This document shows, piece after piece, positions 1-8,943 of a stretch of DNA of 64,000 nt (its first letter is position 1; every line of letters begins with the position of its first letter). Both the position numbers and the translations under genes were made by a program. The DNA lies in assembly GCA_016840085.1 (NCBI GenBank), contig JAEOTA010000004.1:1-64000 (forward strand). The letters are read 5' to 3'. The notes beneath the pieces were generated by a model. It worked only from the letters and a program-made list of their open reading frames with translations. It did no database searches and was not told the origin of the DNA. The DNA is from Promethearchaeota archaeon (lineage in GTDB: Archaea > Asgardarchaeota > Lokiarchaeia > Sigyniarchaeales > SOKP01).

Positions 1-377
1 TCGACATCCATACCTAAATCATAAAGTTCAAATCCAGAGCTTAGTAATAAAGAACCAAGTATATTTTTTCCAATATCATGATTATCACCTTTTACAGTAG
101 CGAGAATTATTTTTACTTTATCTTCTGATCTGTCGGAAGCAGCTAAAACTGGTCTAAGGACATTGAAAGCTTCTTTCATCGTTTCTCCAGCAAGAACAAG
201 TTCTGTTAAATAGTACTCTTTCTCTTCATAACGACGACCTACCTCATCCATACCCTCTGTTAAAGCATCCAATATATCAAAAGGGTCTTTATCTTCATCT
301 AATGCTTCTTTTACGGCATCAGCAATATCATCTACCTCTAATTCAATTATAAGCTCTGTTAATTTTTCAAAATCCAT
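1..377 (-). CDS. Corrinoid (B12-binding) methyltransferase protein, MtbC/MtaC-like; 3' end runs off the window
   Basis: Not in the ORF track. Manual translation from ATG at 377: MDFEKLTELIIELEVDDIADAVKEAL...EGMDEVGRRYEEKEYYLTELVLAGETMK...ATVKGDNHDIGKNILGSLLLSSGFELYDLGMDV. It has the B12 cap domain and the DxHxxG motif. Confidence 0.93.
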   Translation of the reverse strand, partial: MDFEKLTELIIELEVDDIADAVKEALDEDKDPFDILDALTEGMDEVGRRYEEKEYYLTELVLAGETMKEAFNVLRPVLAASDRSEDKVKIILATVKGDNHDIGKNILGSLLLSSGFELYDLGMDV

Positions 378-823
378 ATATTTCTACTCTTCTTTATTAA
401 TTTAATTCCCTAATTTATAATTGGTAATTAATAATCCTTTAAATTTTATTTTAATCAAAAAGTAATTCAATTCAAAATATACTATTTCTATAAAATTCAA
501 AAAGGAGAATGAGGGAGATGAGAAAAAATCAAAATCTTAATAAGCTAGTGTAAGATTTTGGGATAAAATTTTGGTACCATTTTAATTAGGAAATTTCCTC
601 AATTGTGCGAATTGCGCTATTTAATTATAGGGGATATTTTTTATGTTTTCTCACTTTCCCTCTGAAATATTAATATGATATTTTAATATTTAAATTTATT
701 TTTAATTTGAACATAAATTATAAAATGCAATATTAATTTCTTAATTAAAAATTGATTAATTTGGATATTTTTATTTAGAATCTTCTTAAACCAATATTAA
801 AATCAGTACTTCATTTTAAAAAC

Positions 824-1615
824 TTGCCAGATAATGAATATTCAGCTGGAAGAAAGGAAGACAAACCTGAATTAGAAGAAATCCAAGAATTTGAGGAAGA
901 TGATTTCAAAAAGGAGCTTAACGAAGAGAATATCATTGTTTTTGGAGAAAATCTTGTTAAAGATTATGAAATAGGAGATTTTATAGTGCGGGCAGTAGAT
1001 AATGTATCATTGAAAATAAAAGTAGGCGAATTTATTGCCATAATGGGACCTAGCGGAGCTGGTAAGACTACTCTATTAAATTTACTTGGAGGATTAGATT
1101 CCCCTAATAAAGGAAGAATATATAATCAAGGTGTTAAAATTTCTGATATGAATCAAGAGTCTTTAACCACTTTTCGTTTAATGAATTCAGGTTTTATTTT
1201 TCAGAACTATAACCTTATCAGCTCTCTAACAGCAGAAGAAAATATAATGTTCCCCCTCATGCTTTCGGGCATGAAATTTGATAAACAGAGAGAGCGTGCT
1301 ATTAAATTATTAGAAGATGTGAGATTAGGAGATAGAAGAGAACATTTACCTTTTCAATTATCTGCTGGAGAACAACAGAGAGTGGCAATTGCTAGAGCAG
1401 TGGCAAATGATCCTCCTATAATTCTAGCTGATGAACCGACTGCTAATCTTGATAAGAAAACAAGCCAATTTATAAGAGATATTTTTAAATTGTTAAAGGA
1501 AGATAAAAAGACAATAATTATTGCTACCCACGATGATGAATTAATAGCATTGGCAGATAAAATTATTTCTTTTGATGAGGGGAAAATAATAAGTGAAGAA
1601 AGGATCTCAAATTAA
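824..1615 (+). CDS. ABC transporter ATP-binding protein (LolD/MacB type)
   Basis: Walker A GPSGAGKT, signature LSAGEQQR, Walker B ILADEPT, H-loop ATHD. Confidence 0.92.
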   Translation: MPDNEYSAGRKEDKPELEEIQEFEEDDFKKELNEENIIVFGENLVKDYEIGDFIVRAVDNVSLKIKVGEFIAIMGPSGAGKTTLLNLLGGLDSPNKGRIYNQGVKISDMNQESLTTFRLMNSGFIFQNYNLISSLTAEENIMFPLMLSGMKFDKQRERAIKLLEDVRLGDRREHLPFQLSAGEQQRVAIARAVANDPPIILADEPTANLDKKTSQFIRDIFKLLKEDKKTIIIATHDDELIALADKIISFDEGKIISEERISN

Positions 1616-1638
1616 AATTATAGAATGGTAAATCTAAG

Positions 1639-3549
1639 TTGTCCTCATTTGATTTTGCGCTAAAAGATTTCTACCGTAAAAGGAATCAAACTATCCCATA
1701 TTTAATAATTATTATTACTGTTGTATCTATAACTGAATTCTTGATTTATTTTACTACCTCATTGGGTTTAAATATATTGGTTCGCCCCTATTTCGTAAAT
1801 GAATTCTTTTTTTCAGGAAGTATAAATGATATTTTCAGCCAATATAATACATTGGTTCAGATTTTATTAATTATTCTTGCTATTATTATTGTTCTCGCAA
1901 TATCTACAACATTGGTTATTACAAAAAAAAAAGATATAGGTATAATGAGAGCGTTAGGAACATTGCCCCGAAAATTATATAATTTCTATTTTCTTGAAGT
2001 ATATATCATTTTTTTTATTGGTTTTGTCCTTGGCTTAATATTCGGTTTGATATCATTCGGAATTTTTAGTTTAATTATTAATTTTTTAGGATTCCCTATT
2101 AAATTTCAAATTGATTTAATATACACACCAATATTGTTCTTTTCCTGTTTATTTGGAATTTTCTTTATAACAGGATATACACTAAGAAAAATTGGAAAAC
2201 AAAAAATAATCAAAACTTTCTCTAAAGATATTCCCTATAATTTTGATGCTTCAAAGGAAATTAAGTTTATCCCTAAATGGCTTTCTTCATTAGGATTTAA
2301 TGTTAAGATTTCAATTATTAATACTTTAAGGAGAAAGGGTGAATTCCGAAGATATTTAATAGTTTTTTCTTTAATCTGTCTCATAATTTTTACTTTAGGA
2401 TTAGGAACAATTGTTTTAAGAACTTCCTCACAAACTTGGATACGTAAATCTCAAGGAGAAGATATTATTGCTTTAGGACATAAAGACGTTATAAACAATT
2501 ATTCTTTGATGTACAATATGTTCTCAGAGCCTGATATCTCGATAACAACAGAAACTATAAATTTTACAGATAAACACTATTTTTTCAACTTTAATAATAT
2601 TAGTGAGATTGAATATATTGATGAAATTGAAAAAATTGATAAAAGGATAATTAATTTTTATGATGTACAAGAAGGTTACGGTTTTCATTTTTTTGAAGAT
2701 ATTCAAGATTATAGAGTTGTAGGGCAAAGTAGAAGAGGATCTATTCCCATTATAGGCGTGAACCCAGAATATCTTATTCAAAACTTTGAAATTGAAGGTA
2801 AATTTTTCACAAATGAAGATGCATTTGATAACATGACAATTGGTGATGGTTTGGCGCTTAATTTCTTTGATTATGCTCTTGATCAAAGTTTAAAACTCAC
2901 GTCTTATGACAAAACATTTCATATTGCAGGTGTAGTAATTGATAGTTTTTATTCAGGGTGGGCAGGTTATGTAAGTTTAGATATTATTCAACAAGAACTT
3001 AATTTAACAAGAGAAATTAATCTTGTACTATTAAAGATTAGCTCAGATTCCTATGATAGAATTAAAGGAGAACTGACAAACATATTAAACAAATTAGGAC
3101 CAGAATTTACTCATCTGAGGTTAGACCATGTTTTTAATGAAAATCTAACCTTTTTATTTAATTTATCACTATATCCTTTATTTTTAATAATTATGGTTTC
3201 AATTATCGGTATTTTATCATTATATAACTATCAGAAATCATCTATCATGGATAAAGCTAGAGATTTTTTAATAATGAGAGCTATTGGGACTAACAATAAA
3301 TCTTTAAAAAAAATTTTGTTTTTAGAATCGATTTACGTCATTGTTCCTTCACTTTTATTAAGTCTGGGAATAGGTATGATCCTCAATTCTATTGTACTTT
3401 TTGCCCGAGTCCATTTACCCCCTTTATATATACCATTTATTATTTTTATGGTTCTTCTCGGAATTTTTACACTTTTTAATTTTTTGAGTCTAATTCCCAT
3501 TATGAAAAAAATTAATAAATTCTCAATTAAAGATTTCAATATTTATTAA
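1639..3549 (+). CDS. FtsX/MacB-like ABC permease
   Basis: Two hydrophobic blocks with DIGIMRALG / DFLIMRAIG FtsX motifs and an extracellular domain; directly follows the ATPase. Confidence 0.85.
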   Translation: MSSFDFALKDFYRKRNQTIPYLIIIITVVSITEFLIYFTTSLGLNILVRPYFVNEFFFSGSINDIFSQYNTLVQILLIILAIIIVLAISTTLVITKKKDIGIMRALGTLPRKLYNFYFLEVYIIFFIGFVLGLIFGLISFGIFSLIINFLGFPIKFQIDLIYTPILFFSCLFGIFFITGYTLRKIGKQKIIKTFSKDIPYNFDASKEIKFIPKWLSSLGFNVKISIINTLRRKGEFRRYLIVFSLICLIIFTLGLGTIVLRTSSQTWIRKSQGEDIIALGHKDVINNYSLMYNMFSEPDISITTETINFTDKHYFFNFNNISEIEYIDEIEKIDKRIINFYDVQEGYGFHFFEDIQDYRVVGQSRRGSIPIIGVNPEYLIQNFEIEGKFFTNEDAFDNMTIGDGLALNFFDYALDQSLKLTSYDKTFHIAGVVIDSFYSGWAGYVSLDIIQQELNLTREINLVLLKISSDSYDRIKGELTNILNKLGPEFTHLRLDHVFNENLTFLFNLSLYPLFLIIMVSIIGILSLYNYQKSSIMDKARDFLIMRAIGTNNKSLKKILFLESIYVIVPSLLLSLGIGMILNSIVLFARVHLPPLYIPFIIFMVLLGIFTLFNFLSLIPIMKKINKFSIKDFNIY

Positions 3550-3664
3550 CAATTTTTAATAATTTTTTAAAAACTAAAGAATACAAATAAATATTGATAA
3601 GATAAATTTTAATTTCTAAAATTTTATTAATAAAATAATTTCCAATTAAAGATGATTCTTAAAT

Positions 3665-4918
3665 ATGTCAGAAGAAAACGATTTAAAAGCAATAATTGGT
3701 GAACTAGAAAAGGAGTTGGAGAGTAAAGAATATGAAATTCATGGTTATCTCGATAAAATTGAAGAACTTGAAGAAAAAGTATTGAAACTAGAATTCCTTA
3801 TTCCAGAAGAAAGTGATAAAAAGAAAGGTAAAAAACAACAAGCTATAGATTCAAAACTCTCCTTTATTGAAGAAAAAGATAGAGATTTTAGAGATTTAAT
3901 GGATAGGATGGGTTTTTTGAGAAAAGAAAAAGTCCAACTTCAACAAGAACTTGAAAAAAAAGATAGAGAGATTAGAGAATTGAAAAAAGAATCGTCTGTT
4001 ATTAGAGTAGAGGATTTAAGAGAAAAAGCACCTTTAAACATCTTAGTAAAGGAATTACAAGATAAAGTAAATAAACAAAAATCATTAATCAACCGATTAG
4101 AACACCAGATTAAAGAAATTGGTAGCTTTAATGAAATTTTAAAAGAAAAAGACGATGAGATAGATACATACAAATCAGAAATTTTAGAATTGAATCAAAA
4201 ATTAAAAGATCTTAGTTCCTCTTCGGAAAGTAAAAATGGAGATTCAATAGCAAAAAAATTAATTGAAGATCTTCAAACTCAGTTAAATAAAACTAAGAGA
4301 CAAATAATAGAATTAAAACAGAAAATTGCTAAATATGAAAAAAAACAAAAAAAAAAAGAAAAAAAAGAAGAAGAAATAGTGAAAAAAGATAAAATTACCA
4401 AAAAAACGGTTCAACCTGAAGGTACATCTACTGAAACGATGATAACATTGCAAGATGACCTACAAAACAAATTAAATAAAGCAAAATTACATATTAATTC
4501 CCTTGAGGAGGAACTTAAAAAAATTAAGACTGAAAAAATCCCAGAACAAGGTAATTCTCAACAAGAATTGGAAGGAAAACTGAAAATGCAAAGAGAAATG
4601 GCAATTTTTTTACAAAAACAACTTGAAACAAAAGATGGTGAATTTGAAACAATAAAAAATGAAGCAGTACAAATTAAAAAAAGGTATCGACAATTAGAAA
4701 GTCAACTAAAAATTAAGGATCAAAAAATTGACGAGCTTTTAAACAAGTTAGAAGGTTTTTCTGCTCAGATTCAGCCAAAAGTTCAACCTCAGGTAATTTC
4801 AACAGAAGGTCCTCATTTAAATCTGAGATTAAATGAGCTTAAAAATATGATAGATGATTTGAAAAAACGAAATTATGAGCAAAGAATAGAGATCTCTCAA
4901 TTACGAAAAAAAATTTAA
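3665..4918 (+). CDS. Long coiled-coil protein of unknown function
   Basis: 417 aa, E/K/Q/L-rich heptad pattern throughout, no enzymatic motif. Confidence 0.75.
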   Translation: MSEENDLKAIIGELEKELESKEYEIHGYLDKIEELEEKVLKLEFLIPEESDKKKGKKQQAIDSKLSFIEEKDRDFRDLMDRMGFLRKEKVQLQQELEKKDREIRELKKESSVIRVEDLREKAPLNILVKELQDKVNKQKSLINRLEHQIKEIGSFNEILKEKDDEIDTYKSEILELNQKLKDLSSSSESKNGDSIAKKLIEDLQTQLNKTKRQIIELKQKIAKYEKKQKKKEKKEEEIVKKDKITKKTVQPEGTSTETMITLQDDLQNKLNKAKLHINSLEEELKKIKTEKIPEQGNSQQELEGKLKMQREMAIFLQKQLETKDGEFETIKNEAVQIKKRYRQLESQLKIKDQKIDELLNKLEGFSAQIQPKVQPQVISTEGPHLNLRLNELKNMIDDLKKRNYEQRIEISQLRKKI

Positions 4919-4953
4919 ACTTATTATAGAACTCATTATATTATTCATAAAGG

Positions 4954-5940
4954 ATGAAAATAGAACTTATTATTTTAGGATCAGCAGCGGCTACCCCTAG
5001 CAAAGAACGAAACTTGAGCTCTATAGCAATGCGGTATAAAAATAAAATCTTATTATTCGATTGCGGAGAAGATTTTCAACGTAGATTCGCTGAAGCTGGG
5101 CTTAAGTTTAATAAACCTCTTTTTATTTTCATATCTCATTTTCATGGAGATCATATACTTGGGCTTCCTGGATTTTTATTCCGTTTGAGTTTAAATGAAA
5201 GAACAGCTCCACTAACGATTTTTGGACCTCGAAACCTCTTTATTTATGTATATCTTCATAAAAAAATACTCGGGTTAAAAGCTAATTATCCGATAAAAAT
5301 TATTGAAATAGACCATCAAAACAGGAAATTAATCGAATTTGAAGGGTTAGATTCTGAAGACCCTAAACACACTTTAGATCTTAATGAAAATATAATATAT
5401 GATTCCAAATATTTTTCAATAAAATATACTCTCGTTGATCATTCTGTAATAACTTATGCTTACGCCTTCATTGAAAAACCTCGCTATGGTAAATTTAATC
5501 CAGATAAAGCGAGAGAATTGGGCATTCCAGAAAGCCGTATTTGGAAAAAATTGCAGGAAGGAGAAATTATTAATTTAAATGGACAAATTATTGATCCTAT
5601 TAAAGAAGGAATAGTTGGACCAAAAAGACCAGGTAGGAAAATAACATATTCAGGAGATTTAAAACCAACTAAAAGTTTAATAGATTTAGGAAAAGATTCA
5701 GACATATTAATACATGAAGCTACATTTTCAAAATTTTTAGCTGAGACTGCAAATGAAAAAAAACATTCTACTTCTGTAGACGCTGCATTAGATGCAAAAA
5801 AAATGAATGCGAAACAACTTATCTTAACGCATATATCAGCAAGATACCAAGAAGATGCTCAAAAATTACTTGAAGAAGCTAAAGAAATATTTCTTAATAC
5901 TGTTTTAGCTGAGGATCTTCTCAAAATTGAGTTGAAATAA
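4954..5940 (+). CDS. rnz: Ribonuclease Z
   Basis: HFHGDH metallo-beta-lactamase motif, DCGE, flexible arm, YSGD, HEATF, HST, THISARY. Confidence 0.95.
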   Translation: MKIELIILGSAAATPSKERNLSSIAMRYKNKILLFDCGEDFQRRFAEAGLKFNKPLFIFISHFHGDHILGLPGFLFRLSLNERTAPLTIFGPRNLFIYVYLHKKILGLKANYPIKIIEIDHQNRKLIEFEGLDSEDPKHTLDLNENIIYDSKYFSIKYTLVDHSVITYAYAFIEKPRYGKFNPDKARELGIPESRIWKKLQEGEIINLNGQIIDPIKEGIVGPKRPGRKITYSGDLKPTKSLIDLGKDSDILIHEATFSKFLAETANEKKHSTSVDAALDAKKMNAKQLILTHISARYQEDAQKLLEEAKEIFLNTVLAEDLLKIELK

Positions 5941-6002
5941 ATCATCCAAGAAATAAATATTTATAAAAAAAGAGAAAAATAAAAATATTTTTTATTTTAG
6001 GG

Positions 6003-6239
6003 TTATCCTCCTGCTATTTCCCCGCTTATCTTTAATTAAGATAAGCTATGGGGAAGGATAACCACTTCACTTTCGCTAGTGATGATGGTCTCTGGCGTGG
6101 CTTTTTTTCCATTTACGAGAATACCAAAATATTTATCTTCCAATTTGAGTTCTTTTAACAAATTAGCTACCGTCATGGTCTTTTCAGGAGTAAATGTTTC
6201 ATATAAGCCTGTCTCTAACAATTCTGAAATTTGTTTTAT
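6003..6239 (-). CDS. Ubiquitin-like ThiS/MoaD/SAMP-family protein, interrupted by an intron: join(6048..6239, 6003..6017)
   Basis: Beta-grasp pattern TVANLLKELKL...ILVNGK...SEVVILPH. The missing IAGG-stop (ATA GCA GGA GGA TAA) lies in frame 30 nt downstream. Probable ATA start at 6239 behind a GGTGG Shine-Dalgarno; the ORF track uses TTG 6221. Confidence 0.88.
6018..6047 (-). other. 30-nt BHB-type mRNA intron
   Basis: Minus strand CCCC-AT^A-GCTTATCTT-AATTA-AAGATAAGC-GGGG-AA^A: 4-bp central helix, two 3-nt bulges, 9-bp intron stem. Cutting after the 2nd nt of each bulge restores P-H-I-A-G-G-stop. Confidence 0.85.
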
Positions 6240-6452
6240 ATTAAACCACCTACAAAATTATTAATTATTATATATAATAATCTTGATCATATTTAATATT
6301 ATTTCCTTAGTCTAATATGTCTTGGATAATCTTAAATTCATAGTTTTTGAAGATTCATTTTCAATTTAGAAATTAACATCACCAAATTTTTTATTTTTAA
6401 TTTAATTTCAATACATAGTTTTTGTTTTTTTCAAAATTGAGGAGATCATACA

Positions 6453-8105
6453 ATTATTGAAGAGGAAGAATTCATAGATTACACAGAATTTTTAGAAAGA
6501 CTTAAAATATCTGAGTCTAATATTAGAAAAATTGATGATCCATTAGAGAGAAACAAATCAATAAAAGAGATTGTTGAAACCTCTATTAATTTTTCAAATG
6601 AGATTGCTCAGTCTGGAGAATTTTTTGAGGCTGGAGAATTTCTATATTCTGCTGCTCATATTATAGAAAGTCTTGACTTTGTCGAAAGTATTAAATTATA
6701 TAATCAAATTATTGAATTTTATAAACAACAAATTATTAATTATAAATTACAAGCTAGATTACATGAAATAGCAGAATTATACTTAAGGATTGCAGATTTA
6801 TATCACGAGAAAATTAAAGATAATCAACTAGAAAAAAAAAATATCCTAAACAGTATAAAATTCCTTAAGCAAGAAAGTAGATTATTAAAAGAGTTTAATG
6901 AAACACGGAAGCTTGCTCAAAATTACCAAAACATTGCCGAATTATATTTGAAATCAGAAGATTTTAAAAATGCTATTAAATTTTTCGGAAAAGTTATTGA
7001 GATTTCAAAATTATACAGTTATTATGATATGCTATCCTTCTCATATCAGCAGATTGGGGCATGTTATGAAGAAATTGATGATTATAACACTTCCCAAGAC
7101 GTAATTTTAGATGGAGTAGAATTTTTCTCAAACTTAGCTACAGAATTAGAGGAAAAAAATGATAATTTAACATTAACACAAATTTATCAAATATTAAAGA
7201 ATCTTCATAAAATTTTGGATGAAGAAGATAAATATATAGCTTTCTCTAAAAAAGAAGCTGGTGCTTATATCGATTTAGCAGAAAGATTAGAAAAAAAAAA
7301 GGAGAATTATCATAAGATCGCAAGATATTATCGTGGTGCAGGTTTGTGCTATAAGGATATAAAAAATAATTTAATCGAATGTGCTTCTTGTTTTATATTA
7401 GCAGGTAACTTTTCAGAAAAAATAAACGATTTACACCAAGCTGCTATAAACTTTTTTGACGGAGCCAACATGTTTAAGGAATTGAATAATCTTGAAATGA
7501 CTTATAAACATTTTATTAAAGCAGGAGACAACTTTTGGAGAATGGGAAGTATAAATGAATCCACCGAAAGTTATTTAAATGCATATGATATTGCTGTTGA
7601 AGGAGGATTAGAATTTAATAGTTATGGAATATTCAATCAAATTGTTAGAGGATTAAACAAAATCGCCGAAGAAGGCTTAAAAAATAAACAGTTTTATACA
7701 GCAGCTTCTCTTATCTTAGAAAGTATAAAATTTTATGAACAATTGGATACAGCAAAAGATTTTCTATTAAGAGAAATGGTCAATAATCTTTATCGCTATT
7801 ACTATAGAGCAGCAAATCTAAAGAAAATTGGATATTCTCATCTAGTTCAGAGCTATGTTTTAGCTTCGATATCATGCATTTTAAATGGTAAATTGGATAA
7901 AGCATGGAAAGTAATCTCGGAGATTAAACCTGAAGGAATAACTGTTAAAAAATACATCGAAATGATAAAAATCATGATTGAAAGAGTTTCTGATGGAAAA
8001 GAAGTAGAACTAAATAATTTTTCTTATGATTTAAGAAGATTAATTGAAAGCTCTGAAGAAATTATGTTTCTTTTAAAATTATTTAAAGGCTTTAAAATAA
8101 AATAG
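6453..8105 (+). CDS. Alpha-solenoid (TPR / alpha-SNAP-like repeat) protein, ~550 aa
   Basis: The frame of ORF 6948..8105 stays open 165 codons upstream to ATT at 6453 behind GAGGAG. Helical repeats such as ARYYRGAGLCY, ASCFILAGNFS, YKHFIKAGDNF. Confidence 0.75.
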   Translation: MIEEEEFIDYTEFLERLKISESNIRKIDDPLERNKSIKEIVETSINFSNEIAQSGEFFEAGEFLYSAAHIIESLDFVESIKLYNQIIEFYKQQIINYKLQARLHEIAELYLRIADLYHEKIKDNQLEKKNILNSIKFLKQESRLLKEFNETRKLAQNYQNIAELYLKSEDFKNAIKFFGKVIEISKLYSYYDMLSFSYQQIGACYEEIDDYNTSQDVILDGVEFFSNLATELEEKNDNLTLTQIYQILKNLHKILDEEDKYIAFSKKEAGAYIDLAERLEKKKENYHKIARYYRGAGLCYKDIKNNLIECASCFILAGNFSEKINDLHQAAINFFDGANMFKELNNLEMTYKHFIKAGDNFWRMGSINESTESYLNAYDIAVEGGLEFNSYGIFNQIVRGLNKIAEEGLKNKQFYTAASLILESIKFYEQLDTAKDFLLREMVNNLYRYYYRAANLKKIGYSHLVQSYVLASISCILNGKLDKAWKVISEIKPEGITVKKYIEMIKIMIERVSDGKEVELNNFSYDLRRLIESSEEIMFLLKLFKGFKIK

Positions 8106-8159
8106 ATTTGCCTTATTTATCCTTTTTAATAATTAATAAAATTATTACTATAACATTTT

Positions 8160-8822
8160 ATGAAGGAAATTGAAAAAATTATTTTAAGTTTTGATTTAGA
8201 TAATACTTTAATAGATAATAGAAAAGGGATTGTAAATTCATTTAATAATGCTCTTAGAAAGTTTAATATAGCGGAGATTGCTAAAGAGAAAATTGAAAAA
8301 ATGATTGGAACTCCTTTAGAAGAAATGTTTGCACAAGTTACTAAAATAAATCCTTCATTACTTGCTTCTGCTTTTCGTGAATTTTATGGGAAAAAGGGGC
8401 TATATCAATCTAAATTATTATCAGGTGTTAAAAACAAACTATATGAATTCGAAAAAGAAGGATTCACTTTAGGTATTATAACTTCTAAAAAGCAAGAAAT
8501 GGCAGAAAGGGTTGTAAAATATTTAGAAATTGACCACTTTTTTGACTATATCTTAGGAGAAACCGAGGAAAGAAAATCTTTGGGAAAATTGGATCCAAAA
8601 TTAAAAGAAATATTGGTAGAAAAGTATCCTGATCATAAGATTATTGTGATTGGAGATCACCCTAAAGATATAATGCTTTCTAATAATTTAGATTGCCCTT
8701 TTATCGGGGTACTCACAGGAAATCATTCAGCAGATCAATTAAAGCAAAATAAGATGGATAAAATTCTAATTTTAGATTCATTGAAAGCATTAACTATTGA
8801 TAAAATATTAAGCCTAATTTAG
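8160..8822 (+). CDS. HAD-family hydrolase (phosphoglycolate phosphatase-like)
   Basis: FDLDNTL motif I, ITSK motif II, IGDHPKD motif IV. Confidence 0.9.
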   Translation: MKEIEKIILSFDLDNTLIDNRKGIVNSFNNALRKFNIAEIAKEKIEKMIGTPLEEMFAQVTKINPSLLASAFREFYGKKGLYQSKLLSGVKNKLYEFEKEGFTLGIITSKKQEMAERVVKYLEIDHFFDYILGETEERKSLGKLDPKLKEILVEKYPDHKIIVIGDHPKDIMLSNNLDCPFIGVLTGNHSADQLKQNKMDKILILDSLKALTIDKILSLI

Positions 8823-8943
8823 ATTTTAAAAACTTATCTTTTGATAATATTTAAAAATGTGGATGAAAAAGAGAAAGTACGTCGAGAAATTAATTAAATA
8901 TATTTAAATTATTAAAATTAATAAGAAAAAATAGAAAAAAAGT

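Noticed and set aside
511-662. Cobalamin riboswitch upstream of the corrinoid gene
   Set aside because: No B12-box or core riboswitch motifs on either strand
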